From contig JAXLNO010000320.1 of NCBI GenBank assembly GCA_038087875.1, forward strand, positions 248,001 through 310,000: a DNA stretch of 62,000 bases, in the 5' to 3' direction. The translations under genes were made by a program, and so were the position numbers. This stretch comes from Malacoraja senta. Taxonomy: Eukaryota. The notes under the pieces were generated by a model. The model did no database searches, was not told the origin of the DNA, and saw only the letters and a program-made list of their open reading frames with translations. Positions 1-10,925 of this stretch are shown here, piece by piece. Each line of letters starts with the position of its first letter. Within the stretch, counting starts at the first letter, position 1.

Positions 1-1524
1 CATCACTGTGGCACACCACTGGTCACAGGCCTCCAATCTATAAAACAACTCTCCACTACCACCCTTTGCTTCCTACCACCAAGCTGATGTTATGTCCAAT
101 TGTTTACTCATCCTGGGTATCATGAGTGCTGGACCCAACCACCTTTCTTCCCCCATGAAGTCGGAAATTGGGATATTTAACCCTCTATGTTCTAGTTTGG
201 TTGCAAATTTTACAAATATAGATTTTCTAAAGACTTTCAATAAACAACTATAATAGTTTCCCTCTCCCCTGACTCTCAGCCTGATGAAGGGTTTCGACCC
301 AAAACATACCCTATTCTTTTTCTCCAGAGATGCTGCCTGACCCGCTGAGTTACTCCAGCATTTTCCATCTATCTTCGATGTAAACTAGCATCTGGTGACT
401 AAGGTCAGAAGGGGCAGAGCAAGGGATGAAACAATAGAATGGCTTCAAGAAGGGAAATAAAGTGGATGAATGGTTGGTAGTGGTGTTCCACATGGATCGG
501 TACTGGGACCAATGTTGTTTAGAGTTTGCATCCCAACTTGATGATCTTTAATCAGACTTTACTGAACTGTCTTGCACTAAACGTTGTACCATTTATCCTG
601 TATCTGTGCACTGTGGACAGGTTGATTGTACAGTTGATTTTGCTGACTGGATAGCTTTTCACTGTACCTCGGTTCACGTCACAATAAAAAAACTAAACTA
701 AGACTGGACGACATAGGTTGAAGGTGAGAGGGAGGAGGTTTAAAGGGGATAAGAGGGGTACATTTTTCACCCAAAGAGTAGTTGGTAACTGGAATGAGCT
801 GCCAGAGGCCATGGTAGAGGCAAGAAGAGTAACAATGTTTAAAATAAATCTGGACATACTTAAATGAGTAGAGAATAAAGGGATATTTGAATTATGTAGG
901 CAACTGATATTTGTATGGTTAGCACAGACACAGTGAACAATTCTATGGCTCTCTGATCTCCTTAGTGATCTCCGGGGCGTGGGGTAACTGACCTCCAACA
1001 ACCTTGTGACCACCTTGTTTTGAGTAAGGTCCATCTCCTTGCTTTCATCCTCCTGATCTACTTGGGTCCATGCACACTGTTCACCTCAACCATATCCTGT
1101 AGTGCAGTGTTCCACATTCTCAGCACTTCCCACAGAGGTTAACCCCAAGTTCCTGGTCCTCTTTGTGACTTATGTGTGTTTATACCCCTGACCTTGGAAT
1201 TCCCCCACATCTATTTTGTCCACCCTCTGACCTAATGGTCACTCCTCAGCCTTACCCTGAGATAGCCCCAGCCTATCCCCTACTGTCTTCTGAGAATTAC
1301 AGGTGTTCAGTTCCAATCAGGACCATGTAAATCAGTTTACACTCTCTCAACAATGTCCAAACTGTGAGATTCTGATGTTTGTGCAGGGGCTGGCAAGTAA
1401 GATTAACCTGGTCCATTTTTGGCCTGACTATCGTCAGTGGATAATCTAGGACAACACCCATGCTAAGACAGTTCAGCGCCGGAACTCCGTCTTAAGGAGG
1501 GATGGGGTCTCACCCAAGCTCAAG

Positions 1525-2020
1525 GTTTAGATTTATTATTGTCACATGTACCAAGGTACAGAGAAAAGCTTTGTTTTGTGTGCTCTCCAAATAGATCAGA
1601 TAATATGTGTAGGAAATAACTGCAGATGTTGGTTTAAATCAAAGGTAGACACAAAAAGCTGGAGTAACTGAACATGACAGGCAGCATCTCTGGAGAGAAG
1701 GATTGGGTGACGTTTCGGATCGAGACCCTTCTTCAGATAATATCATACATAATAATCAAGTCAAACTTAAGTACAAACGTAAGAGCAAAGGGAAAGATAG
1801 AGTGCAGAATATAGTTTTCAGCATTGTAGTGCATCAGTTCCATTGATAAAATCCAATGTCCACAATGGGGTAGAGGTGAATCGGACAGAACCCTAGCTTA
1901 TGGAAGGACCCTTCAGAAACCTGGTAAGAGGGGAAGTAGCTCTTCCTGAATCTGGTGGTATGAACTTTCAAACTTCTGTATCTTCTCCCAGACGTAGGTG
2001 GGGAGAAGGAGGAATGACCG
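1525..2020 (-). mobile_element. Rex-Babar-type LINE 3' fragment with a Penelope terminal-repeat piece inserted (about 1607-1737)
   Basis: Minus frame reads SGRRYRSLKVHTTRFRKSYFP, the same motif as the C-terminus of the Rex element at 47100-47165; tail ends GTGACAATAATAAA on the minus strand. Confidence 0.6.
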
Positions 2021-3781
2021 TGATGGGACCAGTCATGCCAAGTGCTCAACCCACGCAGAAACTCCCCTCACCGCTTTATTTCTGGTCAGCTATGGGATTC
2101 CATGAGACCATTCATTAGGTAACACTTTCCTCTCCAGACAGTTGATGAACTATCATTGCACCCCAAACAGTTTCTTACTACAATGAACCCTTCTGTCTAT
2201 GTGTGTTTAACACAGCGCTTCATAAGCCAGAATAGACACAGATCCCTTAGTGCATTAGATTAATTGGTATGACATGGGAGTAATGAGAGAAGTTGGGGAT
2301 ACAAGTGTTTTAGTTCGGTAAAAACCAATGGTTTGAAAGTCATTATTGACTTGGTTCATGAGGACTCTACTGAAAATAAGTTCTTGGAATTTCCATCTAG
2401 GTCCCTTGGACACAAAGGTTTCATTGATTAGCTGTCCAAAATTGCTGGCAAACTCAATGAGGCTGCAGAATGCCACACAAGGGCAGTGGAGGCAATTCTA
2501 CTGGTGCTGGAGTGGAACACATTGTCAGAGTTATTGTCATTGTCACATAATTGTTCATGGATGGAACAAGATGGGATAAAGACCTTGCCTGGAATGAGAA
2601 GTCCAGCACTATCCCAATAAGCACTGTCACATGTTTGGAATCTTTACACTCAACTCTGTTTAGGCTTTAACAGGGTGTTCGATTCCAACAGCCTGCCCCA
2701 TCAGAGTTCTTGGGGGAATACACTGCACGGAATATTGCAGTGTATTCCCCCAATATTGCAAGTGAAACCCCAATCGTTGGGTCACACACTGTGGAAAGGT
2801 CGATACCGAGGGAGCACCACACTGTGGGAGAGGCAGTTCTGGGGACGTTTTCAGAGAGGAACTACTGAAGAGGAGGCACACTGCTGGATGGGTGATTCCA
2901 AGAAAGTGCTGTATAAATCGACGGGCAGCTGCTGACCTTCAGATTAGACATTAAATCGTTTGCCCTCTCAAACTGATTTATAAAAATCCAGGGCATGGTT
3001 TACAAATATTCAGGAACATTTTCTGGACATCATGGTCAATAGTTACCATCAGCTTACATCCTATAATGGATGAAACGATTACTACTAGAGAGCACAGCTT
3101 TAAGGTGAGTGGGGCAACATTTAAAGTGTGGGGCAAATTTTTATTTTGCATTGTGAATGATGGATGCCTGGAACACGCCACCTGGAGTGATGATGGAGGC
3201 TGATGCATTAGTGGTGTTTAAGAGGCTTTTGGATAGGCACATGGATATACAGGGATATGGATTATATGCGGGCAGTGATTAGTTTAAGATGGCATCATGT
3301 TTAGCACAGACATTGTGGGCCACAGGGCTTGTTCCTGTGCTGTACTATTCTATGCACCTCTACTTACCATGAAGTTCAACTCAGCATTGATGACTATTTG
3401 TACTCAATGTACAGGTGTCAACTGCTCTACATCAGTGAGACCAGGCGCAAGCTTGGCGATCGCTTCGCCCAACACCTCCGCTCAGTTCTTTTTTTAAATT
3501 TCAAAATATACTTTACTCGTAAAATAATTATATACAATACAAGATCCATAGAAATCTCCATCCGACATTCTCGGAGACTATACATACATTCAATACAGTT
3601 TCCCCAAATCACAATTTTACCCCACATCCTTGCCACTCATGTGGCCCACTAGCGTGGAATCCCTTCACTTATTTTGAGGGGCGTCTCCATCACACCCTGC
3701 TCCCCATGACCCTAGACTGTGGTCCTCCCCCACCAAGCCTTGGCGTTGGCTGCACCGAGCTTCAGTGCATCCCTCAGCACA

Positions 3782-4641
3782 TTCATTCAATTCAATTTTT
3801 ATTTGTCTTTTGTCTTTTGGACAAATTTGTCATTTGGACCCCTTGAGGTCCAAACGAAATGTCGTTTCTGCAGCCATACAATACAAAACGAAGAAGACCC
3901 GAGACACAACACAATTTACACATACATCCATCACAGCGCTGTGATGGAAGGCAAAAAAATGTATCTGTCCACTGCACTCCCCCCCGATGTCAGAGTCAAA
4001 GTCAAAGCCCCCGGCGGGCGATGGTGATTGTCCCGCAGCCATTAAAGCCACGCTGGGTGATGCAAGGTCGCGCACTGGGTCTTGGTGTTAGAGCCCCGGC
4101 GTGCGCTCGCAAAGTCCAGTGGCCATTCCAAGCCGCGCGGGGGGATAAAGCCCCGCTCCAGGTGCTCTTCAACCCTGCAACTCGGGCGGGAGAAGTCGCC
4201 ACTGCGGAAGCCCCGAAAAGCGGTCTCCCACCAGGGGACCCGCGGGCTTCCAGTGTTGCCGTCCGCCAGACCCGCGGTTGTAGCCTCCGAATCTCCGGCG
4301 GTCGGGTAGCTGCAGCGCTCCACCACAGCTCCACCCGCTCCGGACTCGGCCAGCCCCGTGACGGTGAGTAGTCCGCAGCTCCACGGGAGCCCCAGGTCGC
4401 TCCTGCTGGAGGCCGCTCCACGTTGCCCAGCCCCAACGACAACGGAGACCCGACAAAGAAAAGGTCGGGTCTCCCGTGCAGCGGAAAGATTTCAAAGTTT
4501 CCCCACCCCACACACACACCCACCCCCACACACACATACCCCGACAAAAAAAAGAATAAAAAACTACATAAAAACGAGACAAAAATAATAAAAAAAGACA
4601 GACGGACTGCAGAGGCCGCTGCAGACGAAAGTCGCGCCGCC
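3782..4641 (-). mobile_element. GC-rich non-autonomous retroposon with Rex-Babar-like 3' end and (TTGAA)n tail, inserted in the Tx1 copy 1 3' region
   Basis: Interrupts the Tx1 sequence CCCTCAGCAC|ATACTCCTGCAG (the uninterrupted homologue is at 6805-6825); minus-strand end is ATTTCGTT-hairpin-ATGACA...AAATAAAAATTGAATTGAATGAA. Confidence 0.7.
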
Positions 4642-6744
4642 CATACTCCTGCAGTCTGCAGCGGGCCAGTCGGCAACATTCCCCGACGGACATCTCGCTC
4701 CGCTGGGTGGTCAACAATGCTCGGGCAGACCAAAAAGCATCTTTCACCGAGTTGATGACCTTCCATCAGCACTCGATGTCAGTCTCTGAATGCGTCCCTG
4801 GGAACAGTCCGTAAATCACAGAGTCCTCTGTGACGCAGCTGTTCAGAATAAACCGTGACAGTGACCCCTGCAGACCTCTCCAGACTCTCTTTGCGAATCC
4901 ACACTCTGCAAATAGGTGGGCAACCGTCTCCTCTCCATAGCAGCCGTCCCGAGGGCAGCGTGCGCTGGTAGTGAGGTTCTGACGGTGCAGGAAGGATCTG
5001 ACTGGGAGGGCTCCCCTCACTGCCAGCCAAGCCAGGTCTTGGTGCTTGTTGGTGAGTTCTGGCGATGAGGCATTTTGCCAGACAAGCTGGGCAGTCTGCT
5101 CTGGGAACCACACCACAGGATCCATGGAGTCATTTCCCTGCATTGTCTGCAAGATCTTCCGTGCTGACCACTGCTCGATGGACTTGTGGTCAAAGGTGTT
5201 GGTCCGGAAGAGCCTTTCCACGAACGACAGATGGTGCGGCAATGCCCAGCTGACTGGCACATTGTGTGGCATCTGCGCCAGGCCCATCCTTCGCAACACC
5301 GCAGACAGGTATAACCTCAGCAGGTAGTGACACTTGGTGCCCGCATGCCTTGGCTCTACGCTCCGCCTGATGCAGCCACACACGAAGGTGGCCATCAGGG
5401 TGAGGGCGACGTTGGGCAAGCTTTTACCCCCGTTGTCTGCCGACTTGTGCATTGTGGCCCGTCGCACCCGGTCCATCCTCAACCCCCAGATGAACTGGAA
5501 AACAGCCCGGGTGATCCTTGTGGCGTAGGAGGGAGAGACAGGCCACACTTGCGGCAAGTACAGCAGCCCGAGAGCACCTCACACCTGATGACCAATTTTT
5601 TCCCCGTTATGGAGAGGGAGCATTGCTTCCACAGCTCCAGTTTCTTCCCTACCTTGGCTATCCGCTCCAGCCAATTCTTGTCACACGCCAGCCCCCCCGA
5701 ACCAGGTCTCCAGAAGTCAAGCTTGATGCTGATGGGGACGAAAGATCGGTCGGGCCAGTTGCCAAAGAGCATGGCCTCGCTCTTCCTGCGTTCCACCCTG
5801 GCTCCCATGGCCGAATCAAACTGGTCGCAAACGCTAATCAATCTACGGACCGACCCGGGATCCGAACAGAAGACAGCGACATCGTCCATGTACAGGGAGG
5901 TTTTGACCTGAGTGCTCCCACTGCCTGACAATGTCACTCCTCTTATGCTCGCGTCCTTCCTGATGGACTCGGCAAAAGGTTCAATACAACAGATGACCAA
6001 GACAGAGGAGAGAGGGCAATTCTGCCTGACTCCAGACCTGACGGGGAAGCTGTCTGATTCCCACCCATTGATTTGGGCTGCACTACAGATATCAGTGTAG
6101 AGCAGTTGGATCCAATTTCTGATTCCCTCCCCAAAGCCCATTTTGGAGAGCACGTCCCTCATGTACGTGTACGATACTCTGTCGAAGGCCTTTTCCTGGT
6201 CCAAGCTGACTAGGCAGACATCCACCCGTCTGTCCTGCACGTAGGCAATGGAATCTCTCAGCAGCGCCAGGCTGTCTGAGATTTTCCTGCCAGGTACAGT
6301 TTAGGTTTGGTCTGGGTGGATCACCTGTCCCAGAGCAGATTTGACCCGGTTGGCAATGGTCTTAGACAGGATCTCATAATCAACATTCAACAATGTGATG
6401 GGTCTCCAATTCCTTATATCTTTCATCTCCCCCTGCTTGTAGATTAGGGTGATGCTGCTCTTCCTCATGGAATCTTTTTTTAAATTTTTTTAATTTTTTT
6501 TATTTCAAAATAGACTTTATTCAAGTAATAAATATATACAATACGTGAACCGTGCGAAACATTCATCCGACATTTTCGGAGGCTATACAAATTGTTCAAT
6601 GCAGTTAATACATTTTTTTTCCAATTCCACAGATCCGTCCCCCACCCGTGCCACTCACGTGGCCCCCTGGCGTGGGATACCTTCCCTTATTTTGAGGGGC
6701 GTCTCCACCATACTGTGCCCCCCATGTCCAGCAGCGGAAGGACC

Positions 6745-9079
6745 CTAGACTGTGGCCCTCCCCCACCGAGCCTTGGCGTTGGCTGCACCAAGCTTCAGTG
6801 CGTCCCTCAGCAAGTACTCCTGCAGTCTGCAGCGGGCCAGTCGGCAACATTCCCTGACGGACATCTCGCTCTGCTGGGTGGTGAACAATGCTCGGGCAGA
6901 CCAAAGAGCGTCTTTCACCGAGTTGATGACCCTCCAGCAGCACTTGATGTCAGTCTCTGAATGTGTCCCTGGGAACAGTCCGTAAATCACGGAGTCCTCT
7001 GTGATGGAGCTGTTCGGGATAAAGCGTTCCAAGGACCCTTGCATACTTCTCCAGACTCTTCTTGCAAATCCGCACTCTGCAAAGATCGGCGATCAAGGAT
7101 CGGCGCGGCCTTTCCCGGAGACGTGCCCGGCGCGGCCTTTCCTGGAGTACTCCAGGGGCGCTGTTCAGGCAGCAGCCATGTCAGCAGTGCGTCAGTTTTT
7201 TCAATTTATTTTTATTTTTTAGTATGTTTTAAAGTGTGTATTTAATGTTTCTTTGGGTGTCTTGTGTGGGGGGTGGTGTGGGGGGTAAGGGGGAAATCGC
7301 TTCGGTCGCCTCCTCCATGGAGAGGCGACTTTTTCCAGGTCACCTCCCCCGTGGCCTAACATCAAGGATCGGCGCGGCCTTTCCGGAGTCGTGCCCGGCG
7401 TGGCCTTTCCCGGAGACGTGCCCGGGGCTTCAGCGGCGGGCGCAGCGTGGACTCTCGGCTTGGAGCGGGTGAACCCGCGCTGGGGCTCGCTGGAGGGGAG
7501 CGCTCCGTTTCGCTGGCCCGGGGCAGCCGGCAGCCTGAAGTCGCAGCCTGAAGCCGCGGTCTGCAGAGATCCAGCTGGTGCGGCATCTACAGCCCGGGAT
7601 CCCTCGTGGGGGACCCGGGGGAAGAAGAAGCCATCACTGCCGGCCCACGGCCAACTTCTACCGCGGGGCCGGCATGGACTTACCATCACCCCTGGAGGGG
7701 AGCTTCGACCGCCGGCCCTGCAATCTACGGTGCTTCTGGCTGCGGCAGGGACTTTAAATCTTGACTGCCGGCCTGCGGCCTACAACAATCTAAAGCCGCG
7801 GTCTCCGGTGAGGAAGAGCCGATCCTGGACTGACTTGGACTCTGGTCCTGTCCACGGAGGGAAATGGAGGAGGACTGGCCAAATTTTTGTGCCTTCCAGC
7901 ACAGTGAAGAATGTTGAGGTGGATGTTTGTGTTACATTTTGTGTGTTCTTTATTATTGTATTGCTGCTGACAACCCAATCCTTGCCGGGTCACTGCTCGT
8001 GCAGTCGACCGGTCGGTGCAGAGAGTAGCTTTGAATGTTTGTCTTTTCGTTACGTTGTTTGTGTCCCTTTCTTTTTTTTTAAAAGGTACTGTAATGCGCC
8101 CTTTTAAATTGCCCCTTGGGGATGAATAAAGTGCTTGAATTGAATTGAATTGAAAGAGGTGGGCAACCGTCTCCTCTCCATAGCAGCTGTCCCGAGGGCA
8201 GCGTGCACTGGTAGTGAGGTTCCGACGGTGCAGGAAGTATCTGACTGGGAGGGCTCCCCTCACCGCCTGCCAAGCCAGGTCTTGGTGCTTGTTGGTGAGT
8301 TCTGGCGATGAGGCATTTTGCCAGACAAGCTGGGCAGTCTGCTCTGGGAACCACGCCACCGGATCCATCGAGTCCTTTCCCTGCAGTGCCTGCAGGACAT
8401 TCCGTGCTGACCACTGTCCAAGGTCGGTGTGTCTCACCGTGACGGCCTTCGTCGTGAAGACAAAGTCTATCCGGGATCGGGCTAAACCGTCCAATCTCGA
8501 CCAGGTGAACTGCGGCTGGGACCCGCCTGCTTGGTTGCTGAAGGCGTCGTGTAGCTTTGCGTCTTTTAACGTCTCCATCAGGAACTTGGACGTGCTGTCC
8601 AGTCTGTTGTCGGCACTGCCGGATCGTCCAGCCGCATCAATGATGCAGTTGATGTCACCGGCCAGAACGAGCTGCCGGGACGTGGCCAGCAGCACTGGGA
8701 GCTGCTGGAGAACGGCCAGCCGCTCGCTCTGCATGGGTGAGGCATACACATTAATCAGCCGGAGCGGAGAGCCATGGTACATAACATCCACCACGAGGAG
8801 ACGACCCCCAACCACCTCCCTGACCTCAGTGATGGCGAAGTTCCCTCCCCGCAGCAAGATCCCCAGGCCGGAAGCGCGACAGTCATTGCCCCCCGACCAC
8901 ACCGACAGTCCGTGGGGCCACCATCGCGACCACCTCCGATAGCAGCGGAGGTGAGGCAGCCCGCACTCCTGCAGAAAAGTCAAATCTGCCTTGACCATGG
9001 CCAGGTACTGCAAGGTATTAACACATCGCGCAGTGCTCTTTATACTGCGCACATTTAAAGATGCCAGTTTTAGCTCCAT
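6745..9079 (-). pseudogene. Tx1 ORF2 with internal deletion: APE endonuclease fused in frame to the C-terminal zf-RVT-like region; interrupted by the 7086-8152 insertion
   Basis: MELKLASLNVRSI, FLQECG, INVYA, LAGDINC, SRIDF (APE motifs) run directly at about 8418 into QWSARNVLQ...CPRDSC...ETVAHLF, then after the insertion AECGF...ARWGRATV*. Confidence 0.85.
7086..8152 (+). mobile_element. GC-rich non-autonomous retroposon with Rex-like 3' end and (GAATT)n tail, inserted in Tx1 copy 2 ORF2
   Basis: AAAGA duplicated at 7081-7085 and 8153-8157; ends AAATTGCCCCTTGGGGATGAATAAAGTGCTTGAATTGAATTGAATTG; internal direct duplication 7092-7143 vs 7361-7412. Confidence 0.75.
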
Positions 9080-9090
9080 TGTCTTTAGAG

Positions 9091-10706
9091 TTACTGACCA
9101 TTCTTGTGTCCCCTCATGCCCACCGCTTCGGTGAATTGCCTCAGCTTTCCTGGGCTCAGGAACCCGGTACCGGCATCCTCGATGAGGTGGGTTTCCCGTG
9201 GCGTAACCCAAGGTGTCATTGGGGGGGGCCTACTCGTTCCACCCCCTTCTAGGCGCGCTGCTTCCTCCGTCTCCTGTAGCTGGGGTACAGTGGCTGGTTC
9301 ACTGCTCCCGGTCGCCCGGAGCTGGGGCCCATCGGCCTCTGCGCTGCTCCCGGTCGCCCGGAGCTGGGGCCCATTGGCCGCTGCAATGCTCCCGGTATCC
9401 CGGAGCAGGGGCCCATCGGCCGCTGCAATGCTCCCAGTTGCCCGGAGCTGGGCCCCCTCAGCCGCTGCGATGATCCCGGTCTCCAGGGGCTGGAGCCCCT
9501 CGGCCGCTGCACTGCTTCCGATGTCCTGGGGCTGGAGCCCCTCAGCCGCTGCTCTGCTCTTGGTCTCCTGGGGCTGGGGGATGATCGGCATGGCCTTCCT
9601 CTTTTCCTCCCCCGTTTTCTTCCTCTGCCTCCATCGTTGGGACTTCTCGGTCGCCTCATCCTCCGACGAGGAGAGGTTGCTGCCTTCTGTCAGGGAGAGA
9701 GATCTTTTTTGTGATTTATTTTTGGACTTACCAGCCCTTTCCAACCTCGGCTCCTTCGGCTGAACCCTCTGGTGCTTTTTGTACGTCACCTTCGTCCATT
9801 TCTCCTGCTGTTCCCCCTCCTCCATCGACTCTCCCTCCTGGGCAGGGTGCTGGGGGTCTCCTTCAGGCACTTGGTGGCTCGAGGTGGTCGGGCTGTCCTC
9901 GTTCCCCCTTTCTGCTACAGTCTTGGCAGTGGTGAGGGGTGTCTCACCCACCCTGGGGGTGCTGGCAGCAGCCCCTCTTGTCGCCTGTGCATAGGTGCAG
10001 GCTCTTTTAGGGCAAGCCCTGTAAAGGTTGCCTGCCTCCCCACACAGGTTGCAGTTCTTGCTGGCTTGACAGTCCTTTGTCTCATGGCCCTCCGTCCTGC
10101 AGTTCTTTGGGCCATCACATGCCCAGGCTTGTTGCATTTCCTGCACAGCCTGGGCTGCCCCACGTAGGTCATGTATCCTCGGTTTCCTCCAATTGCGAAA
10201 ACCGAGGTAGGGTGGAGGAGTGCTCCGTCCTTGTCCACCCTCAGCTTTACCTTGACTTGCCGCTTGCTCGTCCAGATCCCATGCAGGTCCTTCACGTCCA
10301 CGCAGCTCCCTGTTCCCTCGACATAACGGGCAAGGAAGGTAAGGATATCCACTACGGGCACATGTGGGTTAAACATGTGCACCGTGATCATCCTTTCCTT
10401 CTGGGTGGGGAGAGTGAAAAGCGGCTGCACTTTCAGCAGCGACAGTGGAGCTTTATTCCCCTTCTCCCGGAAGTCGTCCATGAACTTTTGCCATCCCGTC
10501 GGATACTTGAAGGTAACGTCAAAGTATCCGTTACCCGGGAAGTCCTGGAGGCAGTAGATGTCCTTGGCCTCAAATTTGCAGGCCCCCAGCAAGACCTTCT
10601 TCACAAACAGGTCCCATGAGAAGGGAACCCCCTTGCTGAGGTCCTTAACGCTGATTCTCAGGGTATTGCGGATACCCTGTACTCCCGCTCCAGTTGCTGC
10701 TGCCAT
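9091..10706 (-). pseudogene. Tx1 ORF1 (gag-like, CCHC zinc knuckles), one frameshift near 10110
   Basis: DIYCLQDFP, FDVTF, VHMFNPHVP, GIWTSKRQV, YVGQPRLCRKCNKPGH, NCRTEGHETKDC, CNLCGEAGNLYRACP; stop lies 11 nt upstream of the ORF2 ATG. Confidence 0.85.
9280..9585 (-). repeat. 42-bp (14-aa) coding tandem repeat in the Tx1 ORF1 C-terminus, about 7 units
   Basis: PQPQETKSRAAAEG / LQPQDIGSSAAAEG / LQPLETGIIAAAEG / AQLRATGSIAAADG / PLLRDTGSIAAANG / PQLRATGSSAEADG / PQLRATGSSEPATV. Confidence 0.85.
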
Positions 10707-10869
10707 TGTGGCTGAATGAGGTGTTAGGTTGGTTGCCCAACCAGCATAGATCCACCTCTAAGCCCGCAGCCGACCGACTCCTCGTCACCGATTCCGCTCC
10801 GCGGCCCTTGTCCCCAAGGGAACGCCAGAACTGTTCTAATAAGAACAGATAGTCTCTTTTACTCTAATA

Positions 10870-10925
10870 CTCGTCCTGGGAGAACCTCCTTTTTGATCAA
10901 GGTCTCTCCCCTGCCAGGTAAGTAT
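10870..10925 (-). ncRNA. RNU1: U1 snRNA 5' fragment (nt 1-56) forming the 5' end of Tx1 copy 2; not a complete gene
   Basis: ATACTTACCTGGCAGGGGAGAGACCTTGATCAAAAAGGAGGTTCTCCCAGGACGAG; 49/56 identical to human U1 as recalled, first 21 nt identical. Confidence 0.92.

Larger units (their letters stand above)
6476..10925 (-). mobile_element. Tx1-clade LINE copy 2: complete ends, U1 snRNA-derived head, ORF1, RT-deleted ORF2
   Basis: TSD (T)CATGGAATCT at 6465-6475 and 10925-10935; AATAAA plus A-rich tail at 6476-6525; 3' UTR homologous to copy 1. Confidence 0.92.

Noticed and set aside
3859..8942. Many 100-250 aa ORFs on both strands of the GC-rich and Tx1 sequence
   Set aside because: They are shadow or antisense frames of retroelements and GC-rich repeats with no recognisable domains.
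9915..10706. ORF resembling the host gene ZCCHC3
   Set aside because: It sits in the ORF1 position of a TSD-bounded LINE directly upstream of an APE ORF2, and it is frameshifted; it is retroelement ORF1.
10870..10925. Functional U1 snRNA gene
   Set aside because: Only nt 1-56 are present; there are no stem-loops II-IV and no Sm site, and the upstream sequence is Tx1 RT/Penelope rather than a PSE promoter.
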